A DNA stretch of 64,000 nucleotides, taken from Squalus acanthias. Lineage: Eukaryota. The translations under genes were made by a program, and so were the position numbers. This document shows, piece by piece, positions 1 to 13,180 of this stretch. Position 1 is the stretch's first letter, and each line of letters begins with the position of its first letter. The notes under the pieces were generated by a model. The model ran no database searches, was not told where the DNA came from, and worked only from the letters and a program-made list of their open reading frames with translations. The stretch covers positions 99,078,001-99,142,000 of the forward strand of contig CM059431.1 in NCBI GenBank assembly GCA_030390025.1, written 5' to 3'.

Positions 1-107
1 GGAGTTAATCAGGGGTTACGGAAGTCCACTAATATATATATGAACCGAAGATGCTGATTCTGAATTCACTTTACAGCCCGTCCACCACCTTAAACATTCA
101 CTCCCTC

Positions 108-420
108 CCGTCTGCTCTCTCAGGGGGAACGTAAAAGATCCCATGGCACTATTTTAAAGAAGAGCGGGCGGGGGGGGAGTTCTCCCCGGTATCCTGGGGC
201 CAATATTTATCCCTCAATCAACATAACAAAAACAGATTATCTGGTCATTGTCACATTGCTGTTTGTGGGAGCTTGCTGTGCGCAAATTGGCTGGCGCGTT
301 TCCTACATTACAACAGTGACTACACTTCAAAAGTACTTCATTGGCTGTAAAGCGCTTTGAGACGTCCGGTGGTCGTGAAAGGCGCTATATAAATGCAAGT
401 CTTTCTTTCTTCTTTCTTTC
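108..420 (+). mobile_element. 5'-truncated tRNA-SINE family A (Deu-domain/SacSINE1-like) inserted in a LINE fragment
   Basis: Matches the body and tail of the complete copy at 29393-29850. The LINE sequence at 79-108 continues at about 425. Confidence 0.8.
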
Positions 421-424
421 TTTC

Positions 425-810
425 CACCACCGGTGCACCGTGGCTGCAGTGTGTACCATCTACAAGATGCACAGCAGCAACTCGCCAAGGCTTCTTTGGC
501 AGCACCTCCCAAACCCGCGACCTCTACCACCTGGAAGGACAAGGGCAGCAGGTGCATGGGAACAGCACCACCTCCAAGTTCCCCTCCAACCTGACTTAGA
601 AATATATCGGCCGTTCCTTCATCGTCGCTGGGTCAAAATCCTGGAACTCCCTCCCTAACAGCACTGTGGGAGCACCTTCACCACACGGACTGCAGCGGTT
701 CAAGAAGGCGGCTCACCACCACCTTCTCAAGGGCAACTAGGGATGGGCAATAAATGCCGGCCTTGCCAGCGACGCCCACATCCTGAAGAATTATTAAAAC
801 AAAAAAAATC
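425..810 (+). mobile_element. 3' end of a CR1-group LINE (family X)
   Basis: Same sequence as 26460-26850; tail gggcaactagggatgggcaataaatgccggcc plus A-rich end. Confidence 0.8.
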
Positions 811-1530
811 TCACCCTTGCACCAGAAAGTTTGCCCGAAGTAAAGAGCATGGATACGGACTTAAAGGGCCCAAATTTTAGATCCTTTGATGATATATCTG
901 AACCTTTAAGAATCTAAATTAATCTGGACCCTTGTCCATAGTTACTTTAATATTCTGTGGCTGTGACCGGTTATCATGCGAGTATCACTCATTGTGATAT
1001 CATCGGGCTTAGCGTCAAATAAAGAATCCATTCTGATGTAACAATTAGTGGATAGAAATACAGGAAGAGAAGCAAGAAAAAGGCAGATTCTGAGTAACAC
1101 TCTATTGAAATAGAAACGTTACAAGGAGGGGGGAGTAGCCCTTTTAATTTCCGCTCCCCGCCCCTGCCATGTGGAGCAACGTGTCATGTCCCGCCTTCAT
1201 TGGCAGCCACCTGGAGTCTTTCTAGTTTCTAGCCTCAATACTGAAGAAAAACTCTCAGCTGATGTGTGAGTAAATGTCTCTCTGCCTGGCAGCACTGGAC
1301 AAGGCAGAAGCCTTCAAGGGTCCAGAGGCCAATACTGGTGCTGGCAGCATTTTCAAGATCATCTGATCCTTACTCAAGTCAGCACGATGTCACTGCAACA
1401 GAAATGACATGGGTGTTTCCCCCTCAGTATCCAGGAGTGATCCTTCTTTAGAATAGTCGAACAAACATATGAAGGCTTCATTTTGCCGCAAGGCCATTTG
1501 TCCCAATGCAGCTCTTCTGCTCACAGTTTC

Positions 1531-2142
1531 AGCCGTGGCTCAGTGGGCAGCACTCTCGCCTCTGAGTCAGAAGGTTGTGAGTTCAAGTCCCACTCCAGAG
1601 ACTTGAGCACAAAATCTAGACTGGCACTCCCAGTGCTATACCAGGGGAGCGCTGCACTGTCGGAGGGGCAGTACTGAGGGAGCGCCGCACTGTCGGAGGG
1701 GCAGTACTGAGGGAGCGCCGCACTGTCGGAGTGGCAGTACTGAGGGAGCGCCGCACTGTTGGAGGGGCAGTACTGAGGGAGCGCCGCACTGTCGGAGGGG
1801 CAGTACTGAGGGAGCGCCACACTGTCGGAGGGGCAGTACTGAGGGAGTGCCGCACTGTCGGAGGGGCAGTACTGAGGGAGTGCCGCACTGTCGGAGGGGC
1901 AGTACTGAGGGAGCGCTGCACTGTCGGAGGGGCAGTACTGAGGGAGCGCCGCACTGTCGGAGGGGCAGTACTGAGGGAGCGTGGCACTGTCGGAGGTGCC
2001 GTCTTATGGGACATTAAACCGAGACCCCGTCTGCCGCCTCAGGGCATTATTTGAAGAGCAGGAGTCCTGCCCGATAATCACTAAAACGGATTATATGGCC
2101 ATTTTCACATATCTGTTTGTGGGAGCTTGCTGTGCGCAAATT
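1531..2142 (+). mobile_element. SINE family A with internal 33-bp tandem array (about 1646-1998)
   Basis: tRNA-like head (tggctcagtggg A box, gagttcaagtccc B box), then repeats of gcactgtcggaggggcagtactgagggagcgcc, then the SINE body. Confidence 0.85.
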
Positions 2143-2332
2143 GGAGAGGAGGGAAAAAATCAATGCAAAATCTGAAGGAGAAACAAATAGTCTTAAAAAG
2201 TTTGGAGCTAAATATCAGCAACTCTTTTTTGCATTCATGAATTCTATTATAATGAGATTAAACTGTGAACTTAAATCGAAACAGAGAATCAGCTTTTAGT
2301 CTGATCATAATTACACCAAAAAGTGGCTCAGA

Positions 2333-3066
2333 CAACATCAACAACTTGTATTTATACAGCGCGTTTAACATAGTAAAACGTCCCAAGGTGCTTCAGAGGA
2401 GCGATTATCAAACAAAATTAGACACTGAGCCACATAAGGAGAGAGTAGGACAGGTGAGAAGCAGTTTTTAAAGAGCGTCTTAAAAGAGGAGAGAGGTAGA
2501 GAGGTTTCGGGAGGGAATTCCAGAGCTTAGGGCCCAGGCAGCTGAAGGCACGGCCGCCAATGGTGGAGCGATGAAAATCAGGGAAGCGAAAGAGGCCAGA
2601 ATTGGAGGAGCGCAGAGATCTCGGAGAGTTATGGAGCTGGAGGAGGTTACAGAGATAGGGAGGGGTGAGGCCATGGAAGGATTTGAAAACAAGGATGAGA
2701 ATTTTGAAATCGAGGCGTTGCTTAACCGGGAGCCAATGTAGGTCAGCGAGCACAGGGGTGATGGGTGAACGGGACTTGGTGCGAGTTAGGACACGGGCAG
2801 CCGAGTTTTGGATGAGCTCAAGTTTACGGAGGGTGCAAGGTGGGAGACCAGCCAGAAGAGCGTTGGGAGAGTCGAGTCTAGAGACAACAAAGGCATGGAT
2901 GAGGATTTCAGCAGCGGATGGGCTGGGGCAGGGGCAGAGACGGACGATGTTTTTTTCAGAGATGGAAATAGGCGGTCTGGGTGATGGAGAGGATGTGGGG
3001 TCGGAAGCTCAGCTCAGGGTCAGATAGGACGACGAGGTTGTGAACAGTCTGGTTCAGCCTCAGACG
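2333..3066 (-). mobile_element. L2-clade LINE 3' fragment
   Basis: LADLHWLPVKQRLDFKIL...PRSLRSS...GGRAFSCLGPKLWNSLP, the typical L2 ORF2 end, and a (gtt)n tail. Confidence 0.85.
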
Positions 3067-3154
3067 GCAGCCGTGAAACATGCAGTGGAATCAATACAAC
3101 AGAAAAATGTTTCAGTCAATGCATTTTCTCGGTCACAGAAATATCAGCACTTAC

Positions 3155-3484
3155 CGACCACATTCAAACGGATGGTGTGTCCCATTGCTTTTACATCCCC
3201 TTGGTTGGCTCGACATTGGTAGGAGCCTCTGTCAGTCAGGTTAATGGAAGAGAATGTGTAAACAATCAACATTTGGGCTGTGTCATTGGGAGAAGTTGTC
3301 CAGTTTATTTTTTCTCCACCCAGTGGCTCACAACTGTTTGAATGGAATTTACACCAATGCACCGCAAGTGGTTTTACTCGACAGTACTCTATCGTACAAT
3401 TCAACGTCAAACTGTCTCCAACAGAACGATTGAGCACAGCTCGGGGATATCTCACTTGCAATGAACAAGCATCACTTCCGTTTC
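3155..3484 (-). CDS. BTLA: Ig-domain exon of a BTLA (CD272)-like receptor
   Basis: 330-nt phase 1-1 exon, acceptor ttttcttttacag|GA and donor GTCG|gtaagt. Translation GNGSDACSLQVRYPR...LTLNCTIEYC...VHWCKFHSNSC...DRGSYQCRAN...GHTIRLNVV has six Cys in the BTLA pattern (C..CxxxYC..WCK..C..YxC) and six N-glycosylation sequons. Confidence 0.85.
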
Positions 3485-4559
3485 CTGTAAAAGAAAAGTT
3501 CAAAATGTTCTTCTATTGTCATCTTCATACAAAGGAATTTGCAAACAATGGCCTAGAGATTCAGCCGCACTGCCGACCGCTAAACGGCCTCCAACACAGC
3601 GGGCGGGAAGCACATGCTCCTTACGAGCCAGGTGAGGCGTTGGTGTCGACACAATTTGTCCGCAATACGCGGTGGACGGTGTAACCAGGAGGGGAGAGAG
3701 AGAGATAGCAGTCTGGTCAGCTTCACCTCTGGTTTAGGATTGAAGTAACAGCGCAGAGGAACCCCCAGCGGGAGAGCTGAACGGGGCTGAAGTGCACAGT
3801 GGTCACAATCCCGTGGATCCCAGCTTTCTTTTGTGTCACTTCTATTGTTGATTTATTCCTGCACTTCATTGCAACGGGGTTCCCACCCCCCGCCTTCGCC
3901 CCACAGCTCGGGCCTCAGAGGGCTGTGAAGGCAGGAAGGCGTCTCATCTTTTTCCCTTGTTTGTGAGCTGAAATCGCTGGGGGTCGAGAGCCCATGGTAC
4001 GAGGTGGGGGTGGGGTGGGGGGGGGAAGGGGGTGACCGAAATAATTTAATGTCAGATAATTGCACTTTAACGAGGTGGGAACAGCTGCTTGAACTCGCCT
4101 GAAACAGCCGGCGAGCGTAATACGGTTCAGGTGTTGCCTTAGTAATTGACGCCTATGGCAATGGAAAATGGCCGGCACCAATGTTCCCCAGTAAGCTTTG
4201 CCGCGATCTGCTGGTCCTGCACCGCCGGCTCAACGGGGTTCTTCTAATGGCAAAAACCGCGGTAATTTGAATGCGCCGCGCAGCCTCGTAACGGGGCCAG
4301 GCACCCAAAATAAAAATCAGTGGGATCATTGGCCAGCACCCTTTGCCCAATATAGGAGGCAGCCCCCAGGATAAGCGGGGACGGTGGAAGCAGTGGGGTC
4401 TGTACTGACGACAAACTGCACTGATTTTGGTGATTGGAGAAAAGGGCAAACCTTGTTCTTCAACACGCTAACCACATATGAGTGGAAGGCTGTTGCATGC
4501 CTGCACAATGGACCCCAGTGAGTCTACAATCAGGTCCACGAACTTGCCCGGGATCCCTT

Positions 4560-4850
4560 TTTATTTATTTATTCATTCTGGGGATGTGGGCGTCGCTGGC
4601 AAGGCCGGCATTTATTGCCCATCCCTCGTTGCCCTGGATACAACTGAGTGACTCGCTGGGCCACTTCAGAGGGCAGTTAAGGGTCAACCACGTGGGTGTG
4701 GGACTGGAGTCACATATAGGCCCAGACCGGGTAAGGACGGCAGGTTTCCTTCCCTGAAGGTCATTAGTGAAGCAGATGGTTTTTTTTAGGACAATCCACA
4801 GCTTTATGACCACTTTTAACCGACACCAACTTTTTATTTCCTGATCTGAC
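4560..4850 (-). mobile_element. tRNA-SINE family B fragment
   Basis: Shares the core agggaaggaaacctgccgtccttacccggtctgg with 16330-16710 and 45777-46480; tail matches the LINE family X end. Confidence 0.75.
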
Positions 4851-5196
4851 TGGGGCCATTCCAGAACATGAGGGTAAGCCCAAGGTGACTGATGACATGA
4901 AAATGCCCGATAGTGTGGTGTAGCCGACTACCCCGGAGATCGAGCATGGCCTGCTGAATCTTTCTTCCCTGCCTTTGAGAATTAAACAGGGGGCCGAGTG
5001 AGAGCAGTGGGGAATTAGCCCCCTGAGGCACCGGGTGAGAAGACGGTGTAGTGCCCTGGGATTGGATACCAGACAGTGTCCTGCCAGGCTGCTCGAAACC
5101 AGAATGACGGAATGCAATAAGCACGATCCCCTTCAGGGCTGTCACAACAACTTCTGACTCTGCCTCTTGTGTTATTAATGTTAGCATTTCAGAGGA

Positions 5197-5695
5197 TCAG
5201 AGAATGATACAGCACAGAAGGAGGCCATTCGGCCCATCGTGCCTGTGCCGGCTCTTTGAAAGAGCTCTCCAATTAGTCCCACTCCCCCCTGCTCTTTCCC
5301 CACAGCCCTGTAAATGTTTCCTTTTCAAATATTTATCAAATTCCCTTTTGAAAGTTACTATTGAATCTGCTTCCACCGCCCTTTCAGGCAGCGCATTCCA
5401 GATCACAACAACTCGCTGTGTAAAAAAAATCTCCTCATCTCACCCTCTGGTTCTTTTGCTAATGACCTTAAATCTGTGTCCTCTGGTTACTGACCCTCCT
5501 GCCACTGGAAACAGTTTCTCCTTATTTACTCTATCAAAACCCTTCATAATTTTGAACATATCTATTAAATCTCCCTTTAACCTTCTCTGCTCTAAGGAGA
5601 ACAATCCCAGCTTCTCCAGTCTCGCCACATAACTGAAGTCCCTCATCCCTGGTACCGTTCTGGTAAATCTCCTCTGCACCCTCTCCAAAACCTTG
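5197..5695 (-). mobile_element. CR1 LINE 3' fragment
   Basis: [10 protein letters not shown]...[16 protein letters not shown]...TRGHRFK CR1 ORF2 C-terminus and 3' UTR. Confidence 0.85.
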
Positions 5696-6489
5696 AAGGT
5701 GCAAAAATAAACCTGCAGCTCTGCCCCGATCACCGTTTTAAGGTTAGCATCATCTGCACTGAAGCTCACCACAAGCAAACGTCTTTAGCTTATTGCAAAC
5801 TGCTTATTCGTACAACTAACAATTTTTCTTCTTTCAAACACTTTAATAATTTCAGGTTCCTGATTTACTCTGAACACAAGTGTGTTTTTTTTACTTTAAA
5901 TTCATGTATTTTGTTCCTCTTGCTGGGATTATTGGAACCAGACTCCTTCTCTGTCTATATTTTTGTTAGGTTTCGAATATTTCTGTTGGGTAAGGGTTTT
6001 GGGGGATATGAATCAAAGGCGGGTAAATGGAGTTGAGGTGCTGATCAGCCGTGATCTAATTGAGTGGCGGAACAGGCTCGAGGGGCTCAATGGCCTCCTA
6101 TTGTCTCCAGATGGTCAGTTCTCTACTTGATGGTCAATGCTCTAGTAAAGCAGATAAGCCAATGTAAATGGGAGCTCCAATGGCCAAGGGCATCGGGGAG
6201 TGAGATCTGCCAATAGTAGACTACAAGAACTTTAATGGTTGTAACTGTGAAACGTGCAATTGCCTGTGGAAAATGCTCAAGCTGAACAGCTCAGGCTACC
6301 AGCTATGGTTGGTGCTGTGGAGAGTGTGGTGGGCTGGGTGTGGCGCTCGGTGGAATGGTGCGGGGCCAGTGAGAGGAACAAGTGAAACAAGATGTGTGAG
6401 GTAGGTTCACATTTGGAATATGAATGCACAAATATAACCTTGTTCTCAAGCCCACATTGACAACAAATTATTCAAGGCTTATTTTAAAA

Positions 6490-6890
6490 TTTTAAAATTC
6501 TCACCCTTGTTTTCAAATCCCTCCATGGCCTCGCCCCCCCTCCCTATCTCTGTAATCTCCTTCATCCCCCACAACCCCCTGAGATATCTGCGCTCCTCTA
6601 ATTCTGCCTTCTTGAGCATCCCTGATTATAATCGCTCAACCATTGGTGGCCGTGCCTTCAGCTGCCTGGGCCCTAAGCTCTGGAATTCCCTCCCTAAACC
6701 TCTCCGCCTCTCCCTCCTTTAAGACGCTCCTTAAAACCTACCTCATTGGCCAAGCTTTTGGTCATCTGCCCTAATTTCTCCTTATGTGGCTCGCTGTCAA
6801 TTTTTTTGTCTTATAAGACACCTGTGAAGCGCCGTGGGACGTTGTACTATGTTAAAGGCGCTATATAAATACAAGTTGTTGGTGTTGTTG
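6490..6890 (+). mobile_element. L2 LINE 3' fragment
   Basis: GGRAFSCLGPKLWNSLPKP and a gttgttg tail. Confidence 0.8.
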
Positions 6891-7933
6891 TTATAAATCA
6901 ACATTTGTATATCAATAAAAATAGTGTCCTTTTGCCTGTCCATCCATTTTGCGCAATTTCATTGGCTCATGCTAATCACACAGCCACTAAGTCTGAGCTC
7001 TGATTGGCTACAGAAGAGTGTGCTATAAAGTTATAACATGGACAACCTGACTGACGTGTGTTGCTGTGTTTATAACTTTCAAAAGGGAATTGGATAAATA
7101 CTTGAAGGGAAAAATTTTGCAGGGCTGTGGGGAAAGAGCAGGGGGGAGTGGGACTAATTGGAGAGCTCGTTCACAGGCACGATGGGCCCAATGGCCTCCT
7201 TCTGTGCGGTATCGTTCTATGATTCTCTGCCCTCTAGCGCTGAATTATCCTGTAGAGTTTAGCCGAACAAGTTCCTGGGAGTGAGCGAATATTAAATGCG
7301 TAATTATAAATGGATGCATTACATGATTCAATAAATTGGGGTTTTGCATCTTGAAAACAAACATTGTTCCATTTTTTTTTACAGAAACAGATCTGTAAAT
7401 GCCGGAAACGTGCACCTTAGTAATTTATTTTTCTTATTAATTTGGCTTCCAAACTTCAAACTGAAGTGCATGACCTGTGAGATGTATTTTCCAAATGTAC
7501 AAGCTGAAAGTTGTGGCCTTTACCTTGTCTTTCTTCACTGAATTTGAACAGGATGTGGGAGGATGATGCTCATGGGTTTCTCTAAAACCACCCCACAACA
7601 AACTCCTACCAACAATGGTTTCACCACTCAATCCTCTGCCTACTCTCCCATCTAATGTTTCCACTCTGTTTTTCACAGGCTATATTTGTGATACCATCGC
7701 ACAACTGCAGCTCTGTAATTGTTTTGCACCCTTAACAACCTGTCTGGGTTTTACTTTTTGGATGCATTGATGCAACAAAAAAAAGTAAAAGTCATGGTGC
7801 AAATACAGAGTGGAGATTGTGCTCGTTCATCGTGTGACTGCCCCAGGGTGCAGGGTAAAGGGATGCAGAATGGAGAGGGAGCAGAGTCCAAGCAGCGTGT
7901 TATCATGCACAGGCACACGTGTGTGAAGGAGTC

Positions 7934-8232
7934 AGAGAGAAAGAGAGAGAGAAAGAGAGGAAGGGAGAAAGAAAGAGAGAGAGAAAGAGAAAGAGAGAGA
8001 GGAAGAGCGAGAGAAAGAGAAAGAGAAAGAGGAAGGGAGAAAGAAAGAGAGAGAGAAAGAGAAAGAGAGAGAGAGAGAATGAGAGAGAGAAAGAGAAAGA
8101 GGAAGGGAGAAAGAAAGAGAGAAATAGAAAGAGAGAAAGAATGAGAGAGAGAAAGAGAAAGAGAGAGAGAGGAAGGAAGAAAGAAAGGGAGTGAGTAAGA
8201 GAGAGAGAGAAAGAGAGAGAGAGAGCGAGAAT
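7934..8232. repeat. GA-rich polypurine microsatellite
   Basis: (GA)n/GAAA run; source of the ER/SL-rich ORFs. Confidence 0.95.
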
Positions 8233-8309
8233 GTAGACAGATAGACACAAAGGTAGGTACGCCCACTATGGGCAAGCTGGATTTGAATGTAACAGGAAGA
8301 GACACACAC

Positions 8310-8660
8310 TAGAGGTCGCCAACCCTGGTTGGAAAGATTGCTGGAGGTGTTATCACATGACCTCCCGCCCCCACACACCCGCCATTGGTCGCTCGGCACG
8401 TCCATTCACACGGAGCCCCGCCTTCCCACGGCCAATTAGAGAGCGAACAGACTCTTCCTTACCCGATTGGATGATTCTTGACTGTCAATCAAGACAGCCT
8501 TTTTTCATCCCTCTCCAAGATGTTTATATTTAGCACAGAAAGCCTTCAAAGAAATTTAATAAAACACACAATTTGTTTTTAATGCCCAATGATTTGTCTC
8601 TCGGGTTTGCTCACAGCAGCATCCTGGAGATTAATCTTGAGTTCTTGGAGACTCCAAGAC
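8310..8660. mobile_element. Partial hAT-type MITE, same family as 47461-47855 in opposite orientation
   Basis: Starts ggtcgccaaccct; internal sequence is the reverse complement of 47480-47830. Confidence 0.65.
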
Positions 8661-8825
8661 TCAACTCATGACCTCTGGGTTGCTAGTCTGAGACCATTAC
8701 CACGACTCTGTATACTTCACTCAATGTGCTGAAATGGCCGGCGAAAGTACTCATGTTAATGAAGGATTGATGCCCAATTAATCCCCAACACTGAGATGAG
8801 CTGCATGAGCCCTGTATCTCCAAGT

Positions 8826-9243
8826 GAGAATCATAGAATCATAGAATGGTTACAGCACAGAAGGAGGCCATTCGGCCCGTCGAGCCCGTGCCGGCTCTCT
8901 GCAAGAGCACTTCAGCTAGTCCCACTCCCCTGCCCTTTCCCCGTAGCCCTGCAAATTTTTTTCCCTTCAGTTACTTATCCAATTCCCTCTTGAAAGCCGT
9001 GATTGAGTCTGCCTCCACCACCCTTTCAGCCAGTGCATTCCAGATCCTAACCACTCGCTGCCTAAAATAGTTTTTGCTCATGTCGCCTTTGGTTCTTTTG
9101 CCAATCACCTTGAATCTGTGTCCTCTGGTTCTCGACCCTTCCGCCAATGGGAATAGTTTCTCTCTATCTACTCTGTCCAGACCCCTCATAATTTTGAACA
9201 CCTCTATCAAATCTCCTCTCAATCTTCTCTGCTCTAAGGAGAA
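8826..9243 (-). mobile_element. CR1 LINE 3' fragment
   Basis: [17 protein letters not shown]...WNAL...FKRELDK; (attctatg)n tail. Confidence 0.85.
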
Positions 9244-9444
9244 GTGCACACATGATTAAATGCCTAGTGACTGTGGTACAAAAGATTAAACTAACGGGTA
9301 AATTTCAGGAATAGACACTCCCGGTGTGGATCCTCTCCCACAGGGAGCACATAGCGGATGCACAGCCCATAGTTTTCCATCCATTCATTGAAAGGATAAA
9401 TTCTGAAGCGTGCCCTCCCAGCCTTGAGCACTAGGAACACATGT

Positions 9445-9766
9445 CGATTTTAAAATTCTCATCCATGTTTTCAAATCCCTCCATGAGCTCGCCCCTCCCT
9501 ATCTCTGTAACGTCCTCCGATATCTCTGCGCTCCTCTAATACTGGACTCTTGCACATCCCCGCTTTCTATCGCCCCACCAGTGGCGGCCGTGCCTTCAGC
9601 TGCCTGGGCCCTGAGCTCTGGAATTCCCTCCCTAAACCACTCCGCCTCTCTCTCCTCCTTTAAGATGCTCCTTAAAACCTACCTCTTTCCTGGCTTAATA
9701 TCTCTTTATGTGGCTCGGTGTCAAATTTTGTTTGGTAATCGTCCCCGTGAAGCGGTTTGGGATGTT
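9445..9766 (+). mobile_element. L2 LINE 3' fragment interrupted by a CR1
   Basis: L2 3' sequence stops at about 9766 and its tail tataaatgcaagttgttg resumes at 10911. Confidence 0.7.
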
Positions 9767-9776
9767 GGAGGTGCTA

Positions 9777-10910
9777 TGGGCACATGGGATTGGGGGCAAG
9801 GTATTGACTTGGATAGAGAACTGGTTGGCAGACAGAAAGCAAAGAGTTGCAATAAACGGGTCTTTTTCCGAGTGGCAGGCAGTGACTAGTGCGGTACCGC
9901 AGGGATCGGTCCTTGGACCCCAGCTATTCACAATATATATTAATGATCTAGACAAGGGAACTAGATGTAATATCTCCAAGTTTGCAGACGACACAAAACT
10001 GGCTGGGCGTGTGTGCTGCGAGGAGGATGCCGAGAAACTCCAGGATGATTTGGACAGGTTGGGTGATTGGGCAGAAGCATGGCAGATGCAATATAACGTG
10101 GATAAATGCGAGGTTATCCACTTTGCTGTCAAAAACAGAAAGGCAGATTATTATCTGAATGGCAATAGATTGGGAGAAGGGGAAGTGCAACGAGACCTGG
10201 GTGTCCTTGTGCACCAGTCGCTGAAAGTAAGCATGCAGGTGCAGCAGGCGGTTAAGAAGGCAAATGGTATGTTGGCCTTCATAGCGAGAGGGTTTGAGTA
10301 CAGGAACAAGGATGTCTTGCTGCAGTTGTACAGGGCCTTGGTGAGACCACACCTTGAGTACAGTGTGCAGTTTTGGTCGCCTTATCTGAGGAAGGATGTT
10401 CTTGCCATGGAGGGAGTGCAGCGAAGATTCACAAGGCTGATACCTGGGATGGAAGGAATGATGTATGAAGAGAGATTGGGTCGATTGGGCTTATACTCGC
10501 TGGAGTTTAGAAGAATGAGAGGGGATCTCATTGAAACTTATAAAATTCTGACAGGACAGGACAAACTAGATGCAGGAAGGATGTTCCCGATGGTTGGGGA
10601 GTCCAGAACCAGTGGTCACAGTCTAAGCATAAGGGGTAAGCCATTTAGGACAGAAATGAGGAGGAATTTCTTCACCCAGAGAGTGGTGAACCTGTGGAAT
10701 TCTCTGCCACAGAAGGCAGTAGAGGCCAATTCATTAAATAGATTCAAGAAGGAGTTGGATATATTTCTTAAGGCTAAAGGGATCAAGGGATATGGGGAGA
10801 AAGCAGGGACAGGGTACTGAATTTGGATGATCAGCCATGATCGCATTGAATGGCGGAGCAGGCTAGAGGGGCCGAATGGCCTACTCCTGCTCCTATCTTC
10901 TATGATTCTA
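9777..10910 (+). mobile_element. 5'-truncated CR1 LINE with open RT C-terminal half
   Basis: VPQGSVLGP, FADDTK, RPHLEY, SLEFRRMRGDLIE; ORF open to the stop at 10820; same subfamily as 52513-53790. Confidence 0.95.
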
Positions 10911-11134
10911 TATAAATGCAAGTTGTTGTTGTTTTACATAAGAACATAAGAATTAGGAGCAGGAGTCGGCCATTTGGCCCCTCGAGCCTGCTCCGCCATT
11001 CAATAAGATCATGGCTGATCTTTGACCTCATCTCCACTTTCCTGAACTATCCCCATATCCCTTGATTCCCTTAATATTCAAAAATTCATTCTTTTTGAAT
11101 TGTACTGAGTGTACTCAGTATTGTATTGTACTCC

Positions 11135-12185
11135 GCCGCACTGTCGGAGGGTCAGTACTGAGGGAGCGCCGCACTGTCGGGGGTCAGTACTGAGGGAGCG
11201 CTGCACTGTCGGGGGGTTAGTACTGAGGGAGTGCCGCACTGTCGGGGGGTCAGTACTGAGGGAGTGCCGCACTGTCGGGGGGTCAGTACTGAGGGAGTGC
11301 CGCACTGTCGGAGGGGCAGTGCTGAGGGAGTGCCGCACTGTCGGGGGGTCAGTACTGAGGGAGCGCCGCACTGTCGGGGGGTCAGTACTGAGGGAGCGCT
11401 GCACTGTCGGGGGGCAACACTGAGGGAGCGCCGCACCGTCAGAGGGGCAGTACTGAGGGAGCGCTGCACTGTCGGAGGGGCAGTACTGAGGGAGTGCCGC
11501 ACTGTCGGGGGGTCAGTACTGAGGGAGCGCCGCACTGTCGGTGGGGCAGTACTGAGGGAGTGCTGCACTGTCGGAGGGGCAGTACTGAGGGAGCGCTGCA
11601 CTGTCGGAGTGGCAGTACTGAGGGAGCGCTGCACTGTCGGAGGGCTAGCACTGAGGGAGTGCCGCACTGTCGGAGGGTCAGTATGAGGGAGTGCCGCACT
11701 GTCGGAGGGACAGCACTGAGGGAGCGCTGCACTGTCGGAGGGACAGTACTGAGGGAGCGCTGCACTGTTGGAGGGGCAGTACTGAGGGAGCGCTGCACTG
11801 TCGGAGGGGCAATGCTGAGGGAGCGCCGCACTGTCGGAGGGGCAGTACTGAGGGAGTGCTGCACTGTTGTCGTGTGCCGTCTTTCAGATGATATATTAAA
11901 CCGAGAGCCCGTCTGTCCTCTCAGGTGGATGTAAAAGATCTATTTCAAAGAAGAGCAGGGGGTGTTCTCCCTGGTGTCCTGGCCAGCATTTACCCCATAA
12001 TCAACACCTAAAACAGATTATCAGCTCATTTATCACATTGCTGTTTGTGGGAGCTTGCTGTGCACCAGTTGGCTGCTGTGTTTCCTACATTACGACAGTG
12101 ACTATGCTTCAAAAATACTTCATTGGCTGTAAAGGGCTTTGGGACTTCCTGAGGACCTGGAAGGCGCCATAGAAATGCAAGTTCA
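11135..12185 (+). mobile_element. SINE family A with 33-bp array (about 11135-11866)
   Basis: Array followed by SINE body and tail. Confidence 0.85.
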
Positions 12186-13180
12186 GTCTATTTTGTTTGG
12201 CACAGGGAGTATGTAATATCCTTGGACATGCCAGGAATTAAAAAAACTCAGTTTAACAACTTGCATTAAAAAATGTACCTCTCAGTAAAGTACGGAGCTC
12301 AATCATCTAAATGTTAATATTTTAAGGACATTTCCCTTCACCCAAAACAAGAGCAGGAATATGCACACACTGTGAGGACCTGATCCCAATGCCCATCCTA
12401 CAGCTACATATAGAGACACCACAGGTCCCGGCCAGAATGGAGATGATTGGGTAATTCCCCCGTCAATCACTGCTGTGAGTGACTGGTTTTGATTTTACAC
12501 ATCATTTGTATTGTGTACTATCCTCCACTCATTGCATTTTGCTGGAGAAATAATCCTACTTTTATCGGGAGACTTTGCTGCAGTTTTGTTCATGGGTTCT
12601 GTTTGCTGTAGTTCACAGTGACTCTGCTTAAATAGACTCTGTAGACTGTTTGCTATAAACTAGACTCTATTTGCTGAGTAAATAGACTCTGTAGACTGTT
12701 TGCTACGAGTCCTGCCATAAGTCCCGCCCAGCTTCCAACTCATTGGCTGACACAGAGGTGTTGATACTCACTCTATTATTTAAAACAAAACCTTTTCTTT
12801 CCTTAAACAAACGTTAAAATCTAAAATTAATTTCAATGACTAAGCCGCTGTATAAATAGAACACCACAGGGTCTCAGTTGGAGACCACATTTGAACAGAC
12901 CGTAGAATTGACCAGATGCATTTGATCTATGACTCATGGCTGGCCGCTCATGTGCTATGTGGTTTGATGTGGTCAGACACCTTGAGATATACCTATATGT
13001 AACCATCCTCCAAACAGACCACTCTAATATAGCAGGTGTCCTTCACAGGGAGGTCAACCACCCTCAGGAGGCTGTTTCTGTGACATCACAGAGAGAAACA
13101 CCATTTAATTAAAAAAAAATTATTAACCTGTTGTTGTGATCTGGAATGCACTGCCTGAAAGGGTAGATTCAGAAGTAACA

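Noticed and set aside
940..1101. Hydrophobic minus-strand frame after tttcaatag as the BTLA transmembrane exon
   Set aside because: The phase-1 reading (ECYSESAFFLLLFLYFYPLIV...) hits a stop with no convincing donor or basic stop-transfer motif, and may just reflect a purine-rich tract. TM and ITIM exons probably lie left of the window.
1531..1600. tRNA genes at SINE heads (also 29393, 46480, 52312)
   Set aside because: A and B boxes are present but followed by SINE bodies; no convincing cloverleaf.
7719..8405. ER-rich and SL-rich ORFs
   Set aside because: GA microsatellite.
9708..10820. 370-aa ORF as a host gene or active retroelement
   Set aside because: 5'-truncated CR1 RT whose start is borrowed from an adjacent L2 fragment; no endonuclease or ORF1.
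12629..12706. Short direct duplication aaatagactctgtagactgtttgcta
   Set aside because: Two-copy local duplication with no further structure.
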